Positions 34,427-45,237 of a DNA stretch of 64,000 nt are shown piece after piece. Source of the DNA: Heteronotia binoei (taxonomy: Eukaryota); NCBI RefSeq assembly GCF_032191835.1, contig NC_083226.1:59086001-59150000 (forward strand). The letters are read 5' to 3'. The notes beneath the pieces were generated by a model, which worked only from the letters and a program-made list of their open reading frames with translations, searched no databases and had not been told where the DNA came from. Positions within the stretch are counted from its first letter, which is position 1; the number at the start of each line of letters is the position of its first letter. A program made the translations under genes and the position numbers.

Positions 34427-34754
34427 CTAGAAAACAAAAGAGATGGATATGTTTAAACAAGTTTATAAGCAACAGGAAAATCCAAATCCAAACCATGAAA
34501 GTACTCCACAAACTATCTGCCCCACAAAAGTACTCCACACAAAATTTGCCTAACTACCACAATGATTTTGATGTTTGCCAGGGCTCACTACAGTGTAGGA
34601 AAGGCACAGTAAGATGCCATTCAGTGGATTTCCCTTTTCCTCCTGTGATAGAAGCTCACAAATGAGATGTAAAGAATGCTAGGAGCTACAGTAGCCACCA
34701 TTGTTGCCCACAAGAAAAGAACAGGTGAGCAAGCAGCAGTTACTACTGCAAATT

Positions 34755-34836
34755 AGAATTTGTGTTCAGTAAGTTTGTGTCCTTGTGTTATTCAAGCCAA
34801 ATGCATGTATGTACACACAAATGCACACATGATCCT
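34755..34836 (+). repeat. 82-bp direct repeat, copy 2
   Basis: 79/82 identical to 31715-31796. Confidence 0.95.
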
Positions 34837-34982
34837 GCTTAGCTGGGTGAAGGAGTGATCAGCGGTAGCAAGAAGGTATAAGTTCACCTATTCTCTCCCC
34901 CTGCATAGTGTTGGTAGAAGAGTTTACTTCTCTTAGAAGTCATTGTTGCTTACCCACTCAGACAGACAGCTAAGCACTCTGG

Positions 34983-35500
34983 TGTGACAGAGTGCACTTA
35001 AAATCCAGGTTCCTCGTGCAGCAGAATCAGAGATACGGGAGGTGAACACTCTGTTGAGTGATGGGCTGTTCCTAATTTCTGATTGGCCGGTGCCAACTGA
35101 GAAAAGCTATATGATCAGTCAAGCACTGAAGACAGTTCAGTTTGGTTCATTCCTTTCCAGAGGTTCTGTCAGTTGGAACCATTCTGAAGGCAGTCAGTTT
35201 CTGACAGAGTTTGGAATTAGTGAGCCTGACAGGAAAAGTCAGACAAGTTCACCTTAGAGTAAAGGGAAAAGACTTCTTTGCCTTAACTATAATATTCCTA
35301 TCCTGAGGAAGAATTCATTAACAAAATTGAGAGTCTTAAGTGTCAACCTAAGCTGAAGTATGCTTTACACAGACACTGGAACTGCAATGGTGATTTCGTG
35401 AGAGTGATTGGGTAGTATATTGAAACTCCCTTTCTAGCCAAAAGCAAAAGATTAATTCCTGCCCAGTTTTTCTGGTGATTTGGCCCTGAGGAGGATCCTA
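34983..35500 (+). mobile_element. Possible gypsy-type LTR fragment
   Basis: Starts TGTGACAGAG, with GATTGG (CCAAT) and CTATATGA (TATA-like). End and TSD not found. Confidence 0.3.
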
Positions 35501-35698
35501 GGTCTGATGTGAAGGGGAATAGTTTTAGACAACTCAAGAGACAGAAATACTGTAGTTTCAAGAAAGGAGCTAGTCAGGTGCTCAGAGATAGAGATCCGCT
35601 CCAGAATAACTGCACTATCATAGGAAACTCCCTGAAGAAACACTGTTGGTGTAACTAAAATACTAAGTGAAACATCTCTCACTGTTAAGAGCTTAGAA

Positions 35699-35822
35699 CA
35701 GTGATGGCGAATCTTTTAGAGATTGAGAGCCCAAACTGCAACCCAAAACCCACTTATTTATCGCAAAGTGCCAACATGGCAATTTAACCTGAATAACTGA
35801 GGTTTTAGTTTAGAAAAAACAA
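35699..35822 (+). mobile_element. 5' end of a Charlie-type hAT transposon
   Basis: TIR CAGTGATGGCGAATCT preceded by a GCTTAGAA target-like site. No right end seen. Confidence 0.75.
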
Positions 35823-36104
35823 CTCATAGTAAAATTAACAAATTGAAAAAACATTTGGTCTGGATAGCATTTGCTTAGGAAACCAACAAAACAGTAACAT
35901 GTCAGAATGGGAGAATGATGGTGAGAGTGTCATAAGGCAATAAATGGAGGCTGTTAATTGCTCTGTTGCTTGCAAGTCTGGGTTAAACTGAGAACATGCC
36001 TTTCCCAGAGGTATTCCAGTCCACCTAATTTACTTTTGAACATGTAACATACATTATAAACATAATTCTAGTTTGCCATTAGGAAAAAAAAGAATACACT
36101 AAAA

Positions 36105-36345
36105 TATAGTGTGTTTAGTAGGAGCTGGTAGTTAGGGTGCCCAAATCAGATATGGGAGGTCCTGATTCATATGCCCATTCTGCCCTGGCAGCTTGCTGAA
36201 AAACCTTGGACCAGTAATATACTCTGAGTTAACCCGCCTCATAGGTTCGTTGTGAGGATAAAAGAGAAGGGGAGAGTGTGTCAAACCACTTCAGTGTCCT
36301 TTGGGGGGAGAAAGGCAGGGGATATATGATGTTAGTTAATAAATT
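36105..36345 (+). mobile_element. Old MIR/Ther1-derived (Squam3A-like) SINE
   Basis: CORE-like ...CCTTGGACCAGT...AACCCGCCTCATAGGTTCGTTGTGAGGATAAAA...GGAGAAAGGCAGGG. Confidence 0.65.
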
Positions 36346-36382
36346 AAATTGATGAAAGGAGTCCACTGATTTATATGGCTAA

Positions 36383-36568
36383 ATCTGAGTCCAACAGCAC
36401 CTTAGAGAACAAGTTTTTTGAGAGTCAAAGCCCCTTTTATCTAATCAAGGGAGCTCTAATGCTGGAAAGCTTGTGCCCCCTCCCCCAAATCTTGTTGGTC
36501 TCTAAGGTGCTCCTGGGCTCAAATCTAGTTGTTCTACTATGGACCAGCATGGCTACCCTTGGAAACTA
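36383..36568. mobile_element. Penelope-like retroelement terminal relic (inverted pLTR pair)
   Basis: GAGTCCAACAGCACCTTAGAGA ... TCTCTAAGGTGCTCCTGGGCTC inverted arms around a degenerate CTGAnGA..GAAA box. Confidence 0.65.
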
Positions 36569-36612
36569 CAGGGATAGCCTGAATTGTATTAACTAGTCTG
36601 ATGTGAGAAAGG

Positions 36613-36672
36613 AGGGCCAGTTTGGTGTAGAGGTTAAGTGCGTGGACTCTAACCTGGGAGAACCGGGTTTAA
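36613..36672 (+). mobile_element. Squam3-type SINE head fragment
   Basis: GCCAGTTTGGTGTAGAGGTTAAGTGCGTGGACTCTAACCTGGGAGAACCGGGTTT. Confidence 0.8.
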
Positions 36673-36848
36673 ATATATAGCATTAGAATATATGCAAACA
36701 AGCTTCAAGATCACTATTTTGCCTGTTAAAAGAAGTGTACTTTGAAATACCAACAAGTTTTATCTCAGCTTTTCTAATCCCTGACTACACCTATTCATCC
36801 ACCGCCTGTTAAATAAATTTAAGATTTCTGTTTAAATGTTATGCCATC

Positions 36849-37048
36849 CAGTGATTTTTTTTTTTAGAGAAAGCTCAGCAGAAACTCATTTACATATTAG
36901 GCCACACTCCCTGACACCACCATTGTTTCACATAGGGCTTTTATGTAGAAAAACTCAGTGGGAACTCATTTACATATTAGGCCACACCCCCTGACACCAA
37001 ACAAGCCAGAACTGCGTTCCTCTGCATTCCTGCTCAAAAAAAGCCCTG
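36849..37048 (+). mobile_element. hAT MITE family A
   Basis: Perfect 8-bp TSD ATGCCATC. Aligns with 9671-9867. Confidence 0.9.
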
Positions 37049-38006
37049 ATGCCATCTGACGTGCCATTTTAAAGAGTAAAACAAGAGGACTCCTGTTTTC
37101 CCCATCAACTTCTTAGGCTGTCCTATCCAGGTCAGGGTGCCTTTACTTGTGTACAACAACATTCTCACATCTATGTATATGTAGCATTAAAATATCCTAT
37201 TCACTACATGACCATCCAACTGCCTAACCTAAAGGAGAAGTAGCAGTCATCAGCAGGAAACCGGTACTGAGGAAGATAAAAAGGTGACTGAATATATTTA
37301 GGAGAAATATTCAATAAATAGATTTAGGAAAAATATTCACCTCACTGAAATAGTTTTCAACACAGTTCTAAACATGTTATAAATTCTGAAAGTGTTTTTC
37401 TTATTACATAGATTACATCCATCTTACAAAACTAGCCTCCAAAGTCTTCTTGTCATAACTAATCAGCAGCCTAAGAAAATATTCCATCATATTCTGTCAG
37501 GGCTGATGTTCCAAAGAAAGGCTGCCATACAAGAAATGAGTTCAGCAATATCTCAGTAGTTCATAGTTTAGCTGTGATATTCTCTATGGGCATACATACC
37601 AGAGCATCACCTTTTCATGTGATTTTACTTGCTATCATAATATGCTGATTTACATTCTATCTTCTACTATTTCTCCCACGAATTTCTAAACTACCCTGCT
37701 TTTTTTCAGATACTTTAGTTTTGAACTTCTGATTTAAAATTCCCCTTCCCCATCTTTAGCAAAAAAATTTTTTGCTGGATTATGCTTTATTTGTTTATAG
37801 TCAATCTGGAATTCCTTTTCCTATTTTCAACAGTTGTGCTTCCAAAGCTGTGCCACCAAACCCTGATGAGCACACAATAATCATGAAAATGATTAAAAAC
37901 CATTAAATAAAGCCACATGTAGAATAACCCACATAAGAACTCTCTCTGTGTGACAATTGCCAAAAAATTTTTTTCTAGTGTGATAACATACTACTTTCCT
38001 TTAGTA

Positions 38007-38774
38007 TGGGCTTTTTCACACAGTCTATGTATTCCGGTATGGAAGCTGGTCAGTTACTGAACAGTAACGGGTTTCTGCTGGCATTTCAGACAGACCCGAT
38101 TCAGTAACTGGCTGCTACCGGAATACTCTCACCTTTTCACACACTCCCGCGGCTGTCCCGGTAGTGAGGCGTGCCTGAGTCGTTACAAACAAAGAGCAGC
38201 TTCTTCCACTTTTCAACCCCTCCTTCCGGGTTGAAATCGCTATGGGGTGCTGTGTGAAATGTCCAGTATCTAACCCAGGAGCAGTTTTCGCGCCCTTTTT
38301 TGCCCGCCGGCGTGCGCGATCTCCGGCTTTTTGGGGGGGGGAACGTCGGGCTAAGATCGCTATAGCGCTATAGCGCTATAGCGACGTATCACAACAGCAT
38401 CACCATAGGGATGCCTGGGCTCCATTAAGATGCCAGATATCGCCACCGCTGAAACCTGGTAACTTATCTCAATAGAGCCTAGCCATCTCTATGGTGTTGC
38501 TGTTGTGATACATCGCTATAGCGCTATAGCGATCTTAGCCCGACGTTCCAAAAAAAAAAAATAAGCTGGAGATCGCGAGCCGGCAGGCAAAAACGGCTGG
38601 CGCTGGTGGAAGCAAGATAAGAGTGGAACAGTGTGAAATGGCTCGCTTCAATCACGGAACCCTACCGGAAAAAAAAAACATGTGTCTGAAAACTCCCATC
38701 CCTGTCTCGGATTACTGCAGGCGGCACAATACCGACTCCCTTTCGGTTTCCACTGGTAAGTGTGAAAAGGGCCA
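38007..38774. mobile_element. CpG-rich palindromic MITE (768 bp)
   Basis: Terminal inverted repeats TGGGCTTTTTCACAC / GTGTGAAAAGGGCCA flanked by TA. Long inner inverted repeat at 38296-38413 / 38484-38592. Confidence 0.85.
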
Positions 38775-40669
38775 TATTTTGAGTTCACATTTCTCTTGTA
38801 ACGGGCATTCTATGTTTCTAGAACCAAACTTATACAATTCTGGGAGCAATTCTTAGCAGAGCTAGTCAGACTTAAGTCCAAATTTATTTAAGAGGCCTTA
38901 TTCAGGGACATCATCTTCAAGAGGCCTTATTATCAGAAACACCTTTTTAAAAAGTACTGTAGCCATTTAATATCATTTTAAAATGAACTAAAACATGACC
39001 TTTTTCTTACAGAAATTGGGTTCCAAAGATCCATGTGTATACGTGCCCAAACACTTCCAAACATCAAGAGGTTTCTATAATTTTCTCCCACAGTGGTAGT
39101 TCCTCTTGTTGCCTTAAATGTCGCCCTATAAGATATTCTTCTAAGAAAATCTTCCTGGGTGCCAAGACACATTCTAAGCTTGAAAGAAAGTCTAAAATGT
39201 TTTGGCACAGGCATAGAAGATCTCCATGTGACCCTCTGGCTCAAATTCCCCACAGTTAATGTTTGATAGAAATGCAGATGCATTTGCAAAATAATCTTTC
39301 AAGTAGCTTGGAGTCAAGATGCATTAAAATGCAAAGAATGAATTAAGGGTTTGTAATGAATATTACTGGAGGAGGAAGGAAGTGCCATTACTTATTGAAG
39401 CTTACTATTTTTAATCTGGACAAATTATATAACTTAGGTTTCTTACAGTAAGGTCACAGTTTTGGTTCCAAACATATTTCAGAATATTATAAACCTCTCT
39501 CAGGTAGGCAGGCCGGCAAATTCAAAGTAAAATATTTTTTTTGTATGCAGTAAAAAATAACTTGCATGGCAACATGAGAATCTACATACAATGACTCCTA
39601 TGAAGTTCAATTGATACAATCCATCTTCATTCTTCTCTCGACAAATAAAGGTAAATATTTGGCTAAATGTACATTAGACAGAAAGAGATATGCAGACTTT
39701 GTATATGATACAGGCTCAAAATATATATATAAAACAGGGCTAAAAGAGATTTTAGGAATCAAAAAATTATTCCCAATTAACTAATCAAAGCTTTTACTGA
39801 AGAAGAAAAGAAGAATAAAAGTTCAATTATTGCTAAGAGCTGCAAAGAGGCTATTCTGCTAAAGACTCCTTAATTTATAGCCAGCAGGTGTTTCACAATA
39901 CCTAAGGAAGTACAAAAGATATAGCCTGATAAACTTCTTGTTACAGGAGCTGTAACAGAGAGACTGTTATACTTCCCATATTACCTACAGAATGAACATT
40001 TGACAGGCACTGTTCGTACGTGGCAAGGATTTAGAGCATGCTGTAACAATAGCCATTCTTCCCTAGCAGAATCAGAAAGTGATATATTTTTACACCGACC
40101 TTCTGGCAACATGTAGGCAATGCTGCAGAAACCTTTGATATCACTTATCCGTTTGTACAAGCTTCAATAAAACAAGTGTTCCTTTGGTACAAAATCTTGA
40201 AAAGTACACTCTGTTCACTGACACAGCCAGTCACACAAAAAAGACAGAAAAATATTCAGCTTGCTATTTAGAATTTGCCCTGAAATGTTAAAGATTAGGT
40301 CTATTTCAGGGAAAAAATGCTAATATGATACATTTAGATAATGATGTACAGTATAAATTTTGAAAATGAGGTTGGCAACATAATATCTTATTAGTTGTTT
40401 CTATAATCAGTGGAGGGAGAACCAGAAGCAGATACATTTTACACTAATCTCCCCTATAATACAGTTCTCCAGACAGACTGGTCACAGTTCACCTCCTTGG
40501 CTGAGCTGCACTCAGCCAAAGTCACTCATTCTCAATGGAGAGCAACTCCCCTCCCTCCAGCCACTGGCTAAGCTGCCTGTCACTCAATCTCAATGGGGAG
40601 AAACCCCATCCTCTAGCTCCAGGACAGACAAGGACTGAGTCACTGCTTTGCAGAGGAGAGAGAAAAACC

Positions 40670-40830
40670 CTTCCCTCAATTTGCTGAGGGAAGGAGGAGG
40701 AGTGAAATAGCCAGAGAAAGTCTTCCCTCAATTGGCTCGGGGAGGAGGAGGGAAAAAGCCAGAGAGAACCCTCCCTCAATTGGCTGAGGGCCCCTCCCTC
40801 TCCTCCTCTGGAGGGAAAACAGCCAGAGAA
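40670..40830. repeat. ~50-bp tandem repeat (3 units) in a probable LTR-derived segment (~40470-40990)
   Basis: CCCTCAATT(G/T)GCT(G/C)(A/G)GGG...AGCCAGAGA units starting near 40671, 40723 and 40771. Confidence 0.7.
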
Positions 40831-41011
40831 AGGGGAGGAAATGACATCCTGTTGCAGTAGACCAGATACAGAGAGAAACAGGGAGGGGGGAGGGAAAGCA
40901 AAAGAGAAAGTCTTGTGCTTAAGACCAATAACATTATCACAGAGACAGTGTTGGTCTGAAAGGAATCACTAAAGGCCTTTGAGGGAGAAGTCACTAGGGC
41001 CAGTCTTGACT

Positions 41012-41231
41012 TAGGATGCCAGTTCCAGGTTGGTGGAAAATTCCTGGAAATTTTGTGGTGGAGTTTGAGGAGGGCAGGGTTTGGGGAGGAAAGAGACCTC
41101 AGCTGGATACAGTGCCATAGAATCCACCCTCCAAAGCAGTTATTTTCTCCATGGGGAGACAGATCTGTTGTCTGGAGTTAAATTGTGATACTAGGAGGTC
41201 TTTGGGCTCCACCTGGAGGCTGGCTACCCTA
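41012..41231 (+). mobile_element. TAGGGTTGCCA-terminated MITE
   Basis: TAGGATGCCAG...TGGCTACCCTA. Body GCCATAGAATCCACCCTCCAAAGCAG shared with 61455-61672 and with fragments at 41620-41900. Confidence 0.8.
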
Positions 41232-41330
41232 GGCCTGGCAGCACCCTCTGAGTGACTTGATGCCACCTGAATGGCATGGCTTAACTAGGCCTGTCTGCTT
41301 GCTACTGTAGCAGCAACACCCCTCCCCCAT

Positions 41331-41545
41331 GACAGCCAGTGTGGCATAGGAGTTAGGGCTTCAGAGCAGGGTCTACTGGACCCAAGTTCTTGCTACTGAA
41401 GCTAACTGGATAATTTTGGACCAGTCACAGACTTTCAGTCTAACCTGCCTCACAGGGTTGTTGTGTAGATCCAAGCAGGAATAGGAGAATGATGTGAGCT
41501 GCTTAGGTTCCCCCACACACACACTGTGGAGAAAGACTGCACTTT
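41331..41545 (+). mobile_element. Old MIR/Ther1-derived SINE; 3' part plus flank duplicated at 41923-42094
   Basis: GCCAGTGTGGCATAGGAGTTAG head and CTAACCTGCCTCACAGGGTTGTTGTG core. Confidence 0.7.
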
Positions 41546-42324
41546 TCCTAAGTAGAGGCTGCAGGCAGTGGGGAGAAGATGGAAAGCTGAAATCATAGGG
41601 GCAAATAAAGGGAAAGAGATATGGTTGCCAACTCCAGGTTGGGAAATTCATGGAGATGTGGAAGGTGGAGCTTGAGACAGTGGTGTTTGAGGAGGAGTGG
41701 GACTTCAGACAGGTACAATACCATACATTCCACTCTCCAAACCAGTTATTTACTCCTGGGGAACCATTGTTGCCAATCTCTAGGTGAGAGCTAGAGATCA
41801 CTCAGAATTACAGCTGTTCTCCAGATGGCAGAGATCACTTCCCCTGGAAGTGCTTTACAGAGTGGAATCTGTGTCATTATAACCTGCTGAGGTTGTTTTC
41901 CTCATACTTTGGTCCACACTGATTTCGGACTAGTCATAGACTTTCAACCTAACCTACCTCACAGGGTTGTTGTGCATATCAAAAGAGAGAGAGGAGAATG
42001 ATGGAAGCTGCTTTGGTCCCCACTGTGGAGAAATACTATACTTTTCCTAGGTAGAGGCTGCAGGGAGCGGGGAGGAGATGGAAATCTGAAGTCAGATCAA
42101 TTGCCTTACAGAAAAACAGCTGCCATGGGTAGGAAGGCAGCAAGGGTGGGGGGGGGGGCAGTCACCCAGACCCTCTTTCTAGAGCCCATTGTTTTTTTCT
42201 TCACAATTGGCCTTATTCCTAGTTAATACATATTTACTGATTTAATCCTTTTACAATACTAGTTTTTCATGAATATCTTTCAGGACAAAGAGATGCCCAT
42301 TCGTGAAGCAATTTATTCTTAATA

Positions 42325-42490
42325 GATCTAGATGGGTAGCCATGTTAGCAGTAGAAAAGAACAAGATTCCACTAGCAAAATTTGTGGCAGGGTATGAGCT
42401 TTCATGAGTCACTGCTGTCATGAAAGCTCATACCCTGCCACAAGTTTTGCTCGTCTTTAAGGTACTACTGGACTCTTGCTCTTTTCTGCT
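42325..42490. mobile_element. Penelope-like terminal relic forming a near-perfect hairpin
   Basis: Arms 42375-42407 and 42418-42450 are 32/33 complementary around a 10-nt loop. Confidence 0.75.
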
Positions 42491-43599
42491 GATGCATTCT
42501 TGGTGGTTGCAGCTAGGGATAGGGCTACTAAAAGCTCTCTTGAACTTATAGTTCTTCCATTCAACTTTAACAGTCTCCATGCATAAGGTTAGGGTTTAGC
42601 ATCCATCATCTGCATGCTTTGTTTTTGTTTTACACACAGTTAGAAAGAATACCCTGTTAAAGTTATGCGTTATTTGTGACCTCTCATTTCCTTGATTTCC
42701 AAGCATCTGTTTAGCTTGATCTTCAAGCAAGCATTTTCAATTTCAATTCAATTTCACTTTCAGACCTTTAATGGCATGATATAGAAGATATACAGAAGGA
42801 TTTAAATGGACAAAATAAATCAGAATTAAATTTAGGTTAGACCTAAAATCAAACATAGCCAGAATTGTGTTAAGAAATAACAGCCAAGAATTTTGCTACA
42901 GCACAGGTAATTTATGAATTAGGGTTGTTCAGAAAAAAATGACAAACGGACAGATTGATTTGATTGACAGTAGGCAAGGGGAATCTGCAAAACAATTCCT
43001 GTCACAAGCATTTTAATTGCCTATATAAAGAGACATTTTTACCCTATCTACTTGAAATTTGGCAGAGTGCATCCCTTGGATAACAAGTATAATCACTAAG
43101 AATTTCATCCCAATTGGATGGAGTATGGGCAGTTATATAGAAGATGTTTTTCCACTAAACCCAAGAAAACCAAATAATCCATAAAGAAAAAAATGTATAA
43201 TATCACAATTCCAAAGTTTAAAGTTAAAACAAACAAGAAAAATTGTTCTAATCCCTAATCAGAAAAAAACTATCAATAAAAATGTGAAGATGAAAAAATA
43301 CAAACAATACTTTTACCCAAAACAGGAGTGTGCGGGAGCCAGGGTCCGCACGCAAAGGGGATCGCTTTGAATCCTGTCAGACCTTTACCCAGGCGAACCA
43401 AAATTAACCTTGTCAAAAATAAATGATGGCACAGATAGCATTTTTACATTCAAAAGTTTTATTATACACAGATAGGCTGGGAAGGGAGGAAATATCAGAA
43501 GTTTGTAATATTAAAATCAATGGCAGGCAAAAAATCAAACTAAGAATACTCAAGAACACTTTATACTGGCAGACTGTTGTTACATATAAATATGAATAC

Positions 43600-44936
43600 T
43601 GTAAGCCAAAATGCCCTCAAAAGAGGTTGGGGAATTGATAGGTGGGCACCTTTGGCTTAATAAGGACCTAGAATCTATGTATTCAGGATTCCACCTCCAG
43701 AAATTACTGCTTAAATTACCAAGGACACTAACTAAGAGAAACCATCAAAACTTTATTACAGAAAAATATAGAACACACACATACAAGGTCATGAATTTAT
43801 ACAACACACATACAGTCCTAATAAAAACAGAGAGAAGAATATAGAAGTAACATAGGGATGTACAAACAGGGTGATAATTACCAATCATAGTCTCCAAGGA
43901 AAGCTCCAATGGCAGAAAAATGAGGACTAGGGGAAGGGGACCCTCAACTGGCCAAGAATCAGGGTTGTATCTAGACAACGGAACTGGGGTACTGCTACAT
44001 GCACACGTGTAAAAAGTTGGGTCAGGGGTTATAAAGCTTATCCTGGGCCCTTAGGGGATGGGAGATACAGGGATGGATGACAGGTGGTCAGCTGGTGCAT
44101 GACCTCAGAAAAAGGGGAGGCTCCACAGTGATCATAAAGGCTGGACTTGTGCGGTAGCCAATGGCCGGCTTGGAGGGGGCATCTGATTGGATGCCCATTC
44201 CTGGTCAATGAGAGGACTTGGCCTGGTTACCTGATTGGACCTCCAGGTAACAATGGGCCAAGGGGGAGGCTCCAGGATGACCATTAAGGGAAAGAATGGG
44301 AGGAAACTCCTAGGGTGAGGGTGATTGAAGACTGTTTAGCATATCTAAAAGGTGACAATGGATGGCCAAATTGCTACCTAAAGTGACACCCGATCTACAC
44401 AAAGATACTTGGCTCTAGGTGAAGACGTTACTTTTCTGCTGGCACCATCCTTTGTTTCGGGTTCCGTGGAACAAAGTTTATGCAGTCTGACAGGGTCCCC
44501 TCCTGGGGTGAGCTTGATTGCTTTATGTACAGGTGACGTCTGTTGAGTATGTGAGCCTCCCGTTTCGCTGATATGGAGTCTGGCACTGCAGAAAGATAGT
44601 TGCTGGTGCTGTTAGCCTTTCCCTAGAGATTCTGTGGTCAAGGCTGAAAACCGCTTGCTTGGACAGCTCCTGGCGGCATAACTTCTTCCACTGCACCGGC
44701 TGAGATGGGAATTGAACGGAGCGACTGGAAACCATCTGTTCTCCTGGGTTATCTCTCCTCAAGGGACACAGAGAGCTGCTGCAACGTTGTGGCTGTTAGT
44801 ACTCACATAAGTCCATTACATTCTGGTAGACAAAAACCCACAGTTTCTGGCAGATGTGTGTGAGTTGAATCTCCAGGCATCCTGGCAACCAAGCAAGTGA
44901 CTATGATGTTCTGGAATTAGGGGTATTTTTCTCACA
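43600..44936 (-). mobile_element. Long solo LTR (1337 bp), same family as 17771-19110
   Basis: Minus strand TGTGAGAAAAATACCCCT...GGCATTTTGGCTTACA. Flanks ATAC / ATTC (3/4). AATAAA on the minus strand at 43752-43757. Confidence 0.85.
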
Positions 44937-45044
44937 ATTCTCAGTGTTTTCCCTCAACTGGATAACACTCTTAAACTATAGATCATTTAGAAGGATGGTG
45001 TTAGCTTTATAATTTCTTCACACACCGAGTGGACTAACTGAACT

Positions 45045-45182
45045 TGTGACAGACCTTCCCACCACAGACCCTTTCCCCTAGCAAACTAGGTATCCTCTTG
45101 TCTGAAGAGCTATACCCTGGACTCTGACACCCTTGAGGGCTCTTCACACTGACAGCTCATACACGTGCCAAGTCCCTTTCCA

Positions 45183-45237
<55 letters not shown>

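Noticed and set aside
34222-34665. 147-aa plus-strand ORF
   Set aside because: Antisense shadow of KDM4C exon 9; no recognisable domain.
43325-43400. Short CpG-retaining patch with small hairpins
   Set aside because: Too short to assign; no termini, TSD or RNA family recognised.
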